From IMG/VR virus record IMGVR_UViG_3300039000_000007, positions 1 to 53,629 of that record: 53,629 nucleotides of DNA, one strand, 5' to 3'. Every line of letters begins with the position of its first letter. Position 1 is the stretch's first letter. A model generated the notes under the pieces. It did no database searches and was not told where the DNA came from. It was given only the letters and a program-made list of their open reading frames with translations. This DNA is from a virus. Lineage: Duplodnaviria > Caudoviricetes. Position numbers and translations under genes: made by a program. Shown here piece by piece: positions 47,548-53,629 of this stretch.

Positions 47548-47778
47548 CTAAGATATACCCGTGTCAAGCTTAGGTTTCTTGGGCGATATGTAGGGCTGGA
47601 ACACAGTCCCGCGACTCTCCAGAGTCCGTTCGCCCTTGTGCCCACATAGACACGCGCACACGCTCGACATCAAGTTCTTGGGGCAGCCGTCATGCTCGGC
47701 TTGATTCCACTCCGATACAGGCAGCTTCAGGCACCATCCAGACCTATCCACGGTCATCCTCTCAACAGGCAAGGGCAC
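47548..47778 (-). CDS. Small Cys/His-rich protein
   Basis: SGWC...HDGC...CACLCGH. Confidence 0.55.
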   Translation of the reverse strand: MPLPVERMTVDRSGWCLKLPVSEWNQAEHDGCPKNLMSSVCACLCGHKGERTLESRGTVFQPYISPKKPKLDTGIS

Positions 47779-47807
47779 CCCGTAGGATGCCCTTGCAAAA
47801 TTTGCAA

Positions 47808-48074
47808 CTACTTGGTGAGCTCGTACGTTCCGACGCCGTCACGCCCCCCGCCGTAGTTGTGCACCAGCTTTGCACCGGGCTTGAGGCCGGACGCCTCGAC
47901 CTGATTGTGCCAGTCCAACAGCTTGTGTGCCAGCTCGTAAGAGTAGTTATCCAGACAGGTCTTGATCTCTGCCACGATAGCGTCACGGAAGTCTGTAGAC
48001 TCCTCGACTACTGCCAGCTCCTCGACCTCAGTTGTGTTGACACTGGGCCGGAATTCCGTGTAGGTCAGTTTCAT
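47808..48074 (-). CDS. Hypothetical protein
   Basis: MKLTYTEF..., GAAGGAG RBS. Confidence 0.7.
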   Translation of the reverse strand: MKLTYTEFRPSVNTTEVEELAVVEESTDFRDAIVAEIKTCLDNYSYELAHKLLDWHNQVEASGLKPGAKLVHNYGGGRDGVGTYELTK

Positions 48075-48101
48075 GGTGACTCCTTCGTTGTTGGTAGTTA
48101 C

Positions 48102-48138
48102 AGCATACCACAAAGACGGCGGGATGTCTACCCCGCCG
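48102..48138 (-). promoter_or_regulatory. Hairpin-embedded promoter 2
   Basis: CGGCGGG-gTAGACAt-CCCGCCG ... TATGCT, 17-nt spacer. Confidence 0.7.
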
Positions 48139-48150
48139 CCCTTGCAAGAT

Positions 48151-48510
48151 TTACAGGGTTTCCCAGACTACCTTGCCCTTGGAATCCTTGACCCCGTTGT
48201 CAAACTGGAGCTCGGTGCACCCGGCGTTGGGAGCTCCGAAATTGTCCAGCGGGGCAAAGTCCGACTCGGACCCGTAGTAGCCCGTCTCGTATGCTTCGGT
48301 GCACTCGGACGTTTCCAGCTGGCGTCCGTAGTAATATATCTCGCCGTCATCATCCAGCATCCGGAAGCGCTTGCCCTCGCCCGCCTGCAGGCGCTTGACG
48401 TCCGCCTCAGTGGCGGTGCTCGGACCCGTGAGGCCCTTGGCGTTGCAGTTGCTGGCCTCGCGTTCGGTCGGGTCGGCGATCTTGTCTTTGGTGATGATCC
48501 ATGCAGTCAT
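48151..48510 (-). CDS. Hypothetical phage protein
   Basis: FRMLDDDGEIYYYG...FAPLDNFG.PNAGCT. Confidence 0.75.
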   Translation of the reverse strand: MTAWIITKDKIADPTEREASNCNAKGLTGPSTATEADVKRLQAGEGKRFRMLDDDGEIYYYGRQLETSECTEAYETGYYGSESDFAPLDNFGAPNAGCTELQFDNGVKDSKGKVVWETL

Positions 48511-48608
48511 TTTGACTCCTTGTTTGTTCCTTGCTGATACCTCTACTTTACATGTGTCTATGCTGATGCGCAAGCCCTAAACCCGATATTCTTTTATTTC
48601 TTTTTGGC

Positions 48609-48783
48609 TTGACATCTGTGTATGTTATGCCTTAGACTTGAGGTATGAAGCGGACATGGCTGGGACACCAGAGGACCCCAAAAATACCCGCCCCTATTTT
48701 AGGGGTCCCCTCGTTTCCCTGCTTGCCCCCGGGGGACCTCCGCTTCATACTTCAATTTTCGCATAAAGATATACACGTGTCAA
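48609..48783. ncRNA. Convergent pair of promoter-driven short RNAs (copies B and C) forming a ~175-bp imperfect palindrome
   Basis: Plus strand TTGACA-18-TAGACT and minus strand TTGACA-17-GAAAAT, each followed by TGA(G/A)GTATGAAGCGGA. Confidence 0.5.
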
Positions 48784-48829
48784 GCCCCGGCCAAAGTTTC
48801 TTGACCGGGGCCGATTGCAATTCTTACAA

Positions 48830-49075
48830 CTAAAACAACAGAGTGTGCAGCGCCTTCCATGCTTCGGTGTACCCGCGAATGTATTCAGAGTTTTCCTCTG
48901 ATGCCCTCAGGTTCCTGTCTTGGAAGTCCGAAATTTCTAGGGGTGTCTTCTCGCCCGTGATCATCCATCCGACGTGCGCAACTGCATCGGTTATGGCGGA
49001 CTGGAAGTCTGACCCGTTCACGTCTGATTGAATAACGTCGGCCATCTCAATTGCACTGATGTTTGCTACGATCAT
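48830..49075 (-). CDS. Hypothetical protein
   Basis: 81 aa, CCAACAAAGGA leader. Confidence 0.7.
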   Translation of the reverse strand: MIVANISAIEMADVIQSDVNGSDFQSAITDAVAHVGWMITGEKTPLEISDFQDRNLRASEENSEYIRGYTEAWKALHTLLF

Positions 49076-49148
49076 TGTCTTAGTCCTTTGTTGGTGTTGG
49101 TGTGTCGCTAGGCGGGCCGTTGCAAGTTTTGCAAGGCCCGCCGTCCGG

Positions 49149-49403
49149 CTAGTAAGTGAAGGTCATGAACGAAAAGCAGCGGCCCGGAACATCCCGGACA
49201 TCGTGCCAGCCCAGTGCCGACCGTGTGTGGAGCAAGTCGCCGAACACAATGTTCTCAGATACCCAGCGCTTGAATTCTTTTTTGGCCCGTGGCTCGACCG
49301 CCCGGGAAAAGCTCTGCCAATCAGCATGCTCAACAACTACGGTAACTGTCCGGTGGGCCGTGTCCGCGTTGACCGTGGCCGTCATGACTGGAATCTTTTT
49401 CAT
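49149..49403 (-). CDS. Hypothetical protein
   Basis: MKKIPV..., AAAGGAG RBS. Confidence 0.7.
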   Translation of the reverse strand: MKKIPVMTATVNADTAHRTVTVVVEHADWQSFSRAVEPRAKKEFKRWVSENIVFGDLLHTRSALGWHDVRDVPGRCFSFMTFTY

Positions 49404-49429
49404 GGTGTATCTCCTTTGTTGATACTCTA

Positions 49430-49467
49430 AGCATACACGCCACGGGGCAGGATGTCTACCCCGTGGC
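49430..49467 (-). promoter_or_regulatory. Hairpin-embedded promoter 3
   Basis: GCCACGGGG-TAGACAtcctg-CCCCGTGGC-gtg-TATGCT. Confidence 0.75.
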
Positions 49468-49475
49468 AATGTATT

Positions 49476-49985
49476 TTAATATCCTGCCGGATGCATCTTG
49501 GGCCGGACGCGCGGCGGGTTAGCGAATGCCTGTTGAAACGCTTGCTGCGGCGTTAGGGCCGGTGCCTTGACCTTTGCAGCCTTAGTAGTCTTGGGCTGTG
49601 CCGTCGCCTTCGCCGTTGCTTGCTTTGGTGATGCAGCTGGCTTAGTGGTCTTCACCTGCTTCGGTTGCTTCAGTGCTTTCACTTTTGCAACTTTTGCAAC
49701 GGTCAGGCCCGCCTTGATCAGGACCGGTGCAGTATGTACCGAGACAGCTGCGGCGGTATCCGTTGCCGTTGCCGCGCCGCCGCTAAATCCGCCATGCGTC
49801 AACAGGTACCAATCACTTTTACCAAGTGGCGGTGCCTTGATCTTGTGATGACTTGGGGAAGGATCGACCGGTGCATCCGTCAGCTGTGAAAGCTCCCTTG
49901 ACGGTACAGGATCAGCCGCCATAGCCGGGGCCGCTAGGCCACTGAGGACCAGCGTTAGGGCCGCTACAGCGGCTAGCCGCCTCAT
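49476..49985 (-). CDS. Secreted Lys/Ala/Pro-rich protein
   Basis: Signal peptide ending AMA-A; basic low-complexity tail. Confidence 0.6.
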   Translation of the reverse strand: MRRLAAVAALTLVLSGLAAPAMAADPVPSRELSQLTDAPVDPSPSHHKIKAPPLGKSDWYLLTHGGFSGGAATATDTAAAVSVHTAPVLIKAGLTVAKVAKVKALKQPKQVKTTKPAASPKQATAKATAQPKTTKAAKVKAPALTPQQAFQQAFANPPRVRPKMHPAGY

Positions 49986-50374
49986 TGTGCCGCCGTCTCT
50001 GCAGTGTCGGTCACGGTGGAGTCCACCGGGTTCCCCGCCACTACCACGAACACATGAAACACTCCGTCATATTTGTCAGATGGCACTACCGCGTAGCCGT
50101 CACCCCACTCGGGCGCAGTCTCATACGTCCCGTAATACGTGGCCGTAAACGCGTCTTTGACGTCCTGTTCCGGCATATCGCCCAGCGGTGCCTTGAATGT
50201 TGCGTAGGCATCTTTTGCCCAGAAGTCCGCGTAGGCCGTTGCACACGTGTGGTCCGTTGTCGGATCACAGTCCGATGCTACGATGTCCGAACTGTTCGGC
50301 GTGTCCGTTGCAACGATACCGCCACTAAACGTCAGCGCTGTAGCCAGCACTACACTTGCAAAAGTTGTAAGCAT
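49982..50374 (-). CDS. Putative secreted acidic protein
   Basis: N-terminal signal-like segment; promoter TTGACA-17-TAAAAT. Confidence 0.7.
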   Translation of the reverse strand: MLTTFASVVLATALTFSGGIVATDTPNSSDIVASDCDPTTDHTCATAYADFWAKDAYATFKAPLGDMPEQDVKDAFTATYYGTYETAPEWGDGYAVVPSDKYDGVFHVFVVVAGNPVDSTVTDTAETAAQ

Positions 50375-50482
50375 GTTTCTCCCTTTGTTGGTAATACCAT
50401 TTTAGGTTAAAGATATACCGATGTCAAACACTGGACCAAACAACAGCCCCGACGTTAGCCGGGGCCGTTGCAAGTTCTGTGA

Positions 50483-50752
50483 CTAGCCGTTGCAGTCTTC
50501 GCACCACTTGCTAAAACATCCGGTGCACCCGCCGTGCTCCCTACAGCTGGCCACGGTCAGGCCGTGCTCTACTTCTACAATTCTTGCACCGACACACTCC
50601 ACATGCTCCTTGCCAAGGTCCGCCGCCGTGAAAGCGTCATCCCCACATTCCTCACACTCAAATCGTGAGTCGCACGTGCAGTCCTCCGCGTAGGCCGGTT
50701 CCATGTTCTCCCATGCCCGCTGTGCTGACGCGTATCCCGGAATTTCGTACAT
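50483..50752 (-). CDS. Cys-rich Zn-binding small protein
   Basis: CTC, CEEC and C..H..CTGC...CEDC motifs. Confidence 0.7.
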   Translation of the reverse strand: MYEIPGYASAQRAWENMEPAYAEDCTCDSRFECEECGDDAFTAADLGKEHVECVGARIVEVEHGLTVASCREHGGCTGCFSKWCEDCNG

Positions 50753-50819
50753 GATGTGCTCCCTTGCTTGTTGGTATATAACAAGTGTAAGCCCTAAGGC
50801 CTACACTTGTCAACACCAC

Positions 50820-51134
50820 CTAGGCTAGAACTTTTGAGTGCTCCACACCTTGACGGGTCAGGAATGCCTTGATCGGGGTCAGCGCGGCCTTAAGCTGTGC
50901 CTCCGTCATGTCTACGTTGTCATCCCAGCGGCTAGCGCCGATAGCCGACTCTAGGGCCGTCATGAGCTTGTCAGCGGCCTTAGACGGCTTGGACCAATAA
51001 GGCCAGCCATCAGAGTTGTTGTTGGTCCAGTAGCAGAGTCTGGAAAGAATTTCAGCCGCGCGCCGAGCAACCGGCAATTCGAGGCGGGCCGTGAGTCGCA
51101 GCGCGTCTTCGATATCCCATTCATTCATCCACAT
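50820..51134 (-). CDS. Hypothetical phage protein
   Basis: MNEWDI...WTNNNSDGWPYWSKPSKAA...ALTPIKAFLTR. Confidence 0.75.
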   Translation of the reverse strand: MWMNEWDIEDALRLTARLELPVARRAAEILSRLCYWTNNNSDGWPYWSKPSKAADKLMTALESAIGASRWDDNVDMTEAQLKAALTPIKAFLTRQGVEHSKVLA

Positions 51135-51159
51135 GGTGTGCTCCTTTGTTGGTACTCTA

Positions 51160-51196
51160 AGCATACACGGTGCCGGGGGCAATGTCTACCCCCGGC
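51160..51196 (-). promoter_or_regulatory. Hairpin-embedded promoter 4
   Basis: GCCGGGGG-TAGACAttg-CCCCCGGC-accgtg-TATGCT. Confidence 0.75.
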
Positions 51197-51208
51197 CCGT
51201 TGCAATCT

Positions 51209-51841
51209 TTACAGCCCGTCCAAGCCCTTGAGACGCCGCCACACGGTCCAAGTAATCGCTTGCATGGCGGACGGTGAAACGTCCAGCCCAGTCTCGACTG
51301 TAATCGTCTTAGACGCCCGTACGTAGGCCCGTGCGAACGCGTCATACATGCCCTTGCGTCCGAGTGCGCCGCGCGATTTATCGTTAGTGATCCGGCCTAC
51401 CGCGATGTCAAAAGCATGGCGGTCAATTACTACAGCGGATCCATCGGACGGATCCGCGATAGCCTTGTAAAAATTGCAAACTTTGTCACCGCCCAGAACG
51501 TCCAGCGGTTCAGCACCGGCCAGAATGGCGTCCGCCTTGGCGCAGTTTTTGTACAGCCCACCCGTTGCGCGTCCGTCAGCGTAGGCCCGTGCAGCGAGGT
51601 TTACATTCTGCCCCCATGACTGCATCGGAGACAGGGCCGCGAGTACACCAGCGGCAGCGTGTGGGCGTTCCGGATCAAGTGCCACGGCGATGGCGTGAGC
51701 GTCACGATACCAGTCAAGCCCGTCCTGCAATTCTTGCAACGTCGCTTGACGGTAGACATCCAAGATACGCGCCGCGTTAGGTTTGGCAGCGTACACAACG
51801 TTGCGCGGTTCGGTGAGCGTGTTCTCTAGGCGAAAGACCAT
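51209..51841 (-). CDS. HhH-GPD-like (DNA glycosylase-related) protein
   Basis: G.DWY, AALSP..W..N, GGDKVCNFY, VVIDRHA and MQAITW motifs. Confidence 0.55.
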   Translation of the reverse strand: MVFRLENTLTEPRNVVYAAKPNAARILDVYRQATLQELQDGLDWYRDAHAIAVALDPERPHAAAGVLAALSPMQSWGQNVNLAARAYADGRATGGLYKNCAKADAILAGAEPLDVLGGDKVCNFYKAIADPSDGSAVVIDRHAFDIAVGRITNDKSRGALGRKGMYDAFARAYVRASKTITVETGLDVSPSAMQAITWTVWRRLKGLDGL

Positions 51842-51874
51842 TTTCGATATCCTTTGTTCTTTGTTGGTATTACT

Positions 51875-51914
51875 AGCATACACGGGACCGGGCAGGATGT
51901 CTACCCGGTCCCGT
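51875..51914 (-). promoter_or_regulatory. Hairpin-embedded promoter 5
   Basis: ACGGGACCGGG-TAGACAtcctg-CCCGGTCCCGT-g-TATGCT. Confidence 0.75.
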
Positions 51915-51920
51915 ATATTT

Positions 51921-52100
51921 TTAGAAGTCTTCCGGTTCCGACATCAGCACGACAACGTCATCTACAATTCCCGTTGCGTCCCGAATTTCTTCCTCAGTGT
52001 CATACCAAATCCGGCCCTCACCGTCAGGGCTGAAAAAATACAGGTCCCCCGGCGTCCGGTAAATGGTGTCAATTTCCATCTGCTTACGTGTCATGCCCAT
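51921..52100 (-). CDS. Small acidic protein (59 aa)
   Basis: MGMTRKQMEIDTIYRTPGDLYFF...; GAAGGAG RBS; below the ORF-track cutoff. Confidence 0.7.
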   Translation of the reverse strand: MGMTRKQMEIDTIYRTPGDLYFFSPDGEGRIWYDTEEEIRDATGIVDDVVVLMSEPEDF

Positions 52101-52190
52101 GGTGTTTCTCCTTCGTTGGTAATACTAACTATACACGCATGTACACCCCGTTACCAGTCCAAAAGACGATAAACTTTTATTTCTTTTGGG

Positions 52191-52300
52191 TTGACATCGG
52201 TATACGTTATGGCTTAGAATTGATACATAGCCGGAAGGCGAACATGATAGGGGCCCTGAGACGGGTCCCGGGGAAGGCGGAATCTGGGCCCATTTTTTTG
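52191..52300 (+). ncRNA. Putative small RNA transcribed opposite to the surrounding genes
   Basis: TTGACA-18-TAGAAT, then about 75 nt with GGGCCC...GGGCCC and a T7 run. Confidence 0.4.
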
Positions 52301-52365
52301 ACCCGTTGCAAAAATTACACACGCAAAAGTCCCGAGCCGTTAGGCCCGGGACCTTGCAATTTTTG

Positions 52366-52584
52366 TCAGTCTCCCGCGTGTTGGATTTCGTATCCTTCCA
52401 TGTCGCCGACCTCATCGTCCCAGCTGGACGGGTTCCCGCGCCAGTCATCCCGCAGCCGTTGCCCGGATGCGTTGTACTCTGCCCCGCAGTCGCAGCTAAC
52501 GGAAGACATGCCCCACCAGCGGGCGATCTCCGTGCCGCAGCGGTCACACTTTTTGGTCCATGTGGGCTGATCCGTGTCTGCCAT
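52366..52584 (-). CDS. Small Zn-ribbon protein
   Basis: CDRCG...CDCGAEYN..GQRL. Confidence 0.7.
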   Translation of the reverse strand: MADTDQPTWTKKCDRCGTEIARWWGMSSVSCDCGAEYNASGQRLRDDWRGNPSSWDDEVGDMEGYEIQHAGD

Positions 52585-52644
52585 GGTGTGCTCCTTTGTT
52601 GGTGTACTACAATTCTAAGCCCTAGGCTATACAGATGTCAAGCC

Positions 52645-52830
52645 CTATGCACGGGCCGAAATTATGCGCCGGATTCCTGCCAGTGTGTCGGACTGCCACC
52701 CGTTAGAGTGATAGCAACGGGACTTAGTGATCCATGACGTCCCAAATTCGATAGGGTGACCTTTGTATGTCGAGTGGTACTCATGAGTTGAGTGTGACTT
52801 ACAAATAGCACAAGTATTGATAAACGTCAT
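52645..52830 (-). CDS. Small hypothetical protein
   Basis: MTFINTCAIC..., AAGGAG RBS. Confidence 0.6.
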   Translation of the reverse strand: MTFINTCAICKSHSTHEYHSTYKGHPIEFGTSWITKSRCYHSNGWQSDTLAGIRRIISARA

Positions 52831-52907
52831 GGCCGTTCTCCTTTGTAAGAATTGCAAAAATTGTAAGGGCGGATAGGCCCGGGGGTGTTAGTCCCGGGCC
52901 GTCCCAG

Positions 52908-53231
52908 CTAGCTGACCTTTACCCATTCAAGGGAGAGGACTTCCTCACCGTCGAAGTAGCCTTCACCCTTGCGGACGTTGGCACGGACGGGGGCGAGTTG
53001 GTTGATCCTGTCCGACGTAGTGGACGTCACCCAGCCTGCCCAGCTGGCGTAGGTACCGTCAAGCGTGTACCGGACAATCTTGTTACCGTGGAGCGTAGCG
53101 GCGATGCTGCGGCCCTTGGGCGTGACCTCCAAGACCAACTCTGTGTTGTGTCCGATCTTCACACGATCCTTGCCCTTGAGGGCTGCAATGGCGGCGGTCA
53201 GGTCTTTGGGGGTAGCGGTGAGATTTGCCAT
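52908..53231 (-). CDS. Hypothetical phage protein
   Basis: HNT...LHGNKIV...GW.TSTT.DRIN; own promoter TAGACA-17-TATAGT. Confidence 0.75.
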   Translation of the reverse strand: MANLTATPKDLTAAIAALKGKDRVKIGHNTELVLEVTPKGRSIAATLHGNKIVRYTLDGTYASWAGWVTSTTSDRINQLAPVRANVRKGEGYFDGEEVLSLEWVKVS

Positions 53232-53308
53232 GGTCTTTGTCCTTTGTTTGTGTTGCTGTGTTGGTAATTACTACTATACACACATATTGTCTGTGTGTCT
53301 AGTCCTTA

Positions 53309-53563
53309 CTACGGCTGGATAGTTGCCAGTTTGAGGGAGGCGGGAAGGTCCGCGCCGACGGCCAGACGAATGCCTATCATGTCCGCGATGTCCTCTAGGG
53401 AGAACTCGTTAGGGAACCGGCCAACGTAGCGGGTAACGGCTACAGAGTCGCCCGTGTCGAACTGTGAGGCGGCGGCTACAGCCGTGATACCGTCGTAAAA
53501 CGCCTTGACGATTACGTCACCCTCAATCTCGGAGTGGACTGTGACTACGTGTGCTGTGAACAT
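53309..53563 (-). CDS. Hypothetical protein
   Basis: 84 aa; upstream TAAAGT-AGAGGTATCAGC element matches the one at 48533-48550. Confidence 0.65.
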   Translation of the reverse strand: MFTAHVVTVHSEIEGDVIVKAFYDGITAVAAASQFDTGDSVAVTRYVGRFPNEFSLEDIADMIGIRLAVGADLPASLKLATIQP

Positions 53564-53629
53564 CTTGTACCCCTAAGTGTTTGGTTGAGCTGATACCTCT
53601 ACTTTACATGTGTGTATGCTGTGATGCCC

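Noticed and set aside
48607-48785. MITE or IS remnant suggested by terminal inverted repeats
   Set aside because: No target-site duplication is evident, the ends are promoter boxes, and a solitary half-element exists at 44223-44300
48645-48833. 62-aa plus-strand ORF
   Set aside because: It runs through a palindrome, the opposing promoter and a hairpin, and is not conserved with the sister copies. Leaderless translation is not fully excluded.

Overview
This is a 53.6-kb segment of a large tailed actinobacteriophage genome, probably a siphovirus. The host assignment is inferred from gene content, sigmaA-type promoters and leaderless ATG starts. Bases 1-28.2 kb hold a minus-strand virion operon: portal, a 2434-aa multidomain protein with kinase-like and ADP-ribosyltransferase domains, prohead protease, separate hexamer and pentamer capsid proteins, tail tube, adaptor, frameshifted tail chaperone, tape measure and tail-tip/fibre proteins. 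Bases 28.2-40.3 kb hold minus-strand accessory genes, including a Prs-like plus NAMPT-like pair (NARP1-type NAD+ reconstitution), a metallophosphoesterase and a SLOG protein. Bases 40.3-41.2 kb are a low-complexity non-coding region between divergent genes. Bases 41.2-53.6 kb are an array of small genes, most with their own promoter, RBS and terminator. The most unusual signals are non-coding and lie in this right arm: more than 20 copies of a TT(G/A)(C/T)AA-N3-TT(G/A)(C/T)AA motif written through both genes and intergenic gaps; five promoters whose -35 box sits in the loop of a sequence-variable hairpin; and three related promoter-driven short elements, two of them convergent. I recognised no tRNA, CRISPR array, integrase or terminase. 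All protein calls come from motif recognition and synteny by eye, not from database searches.
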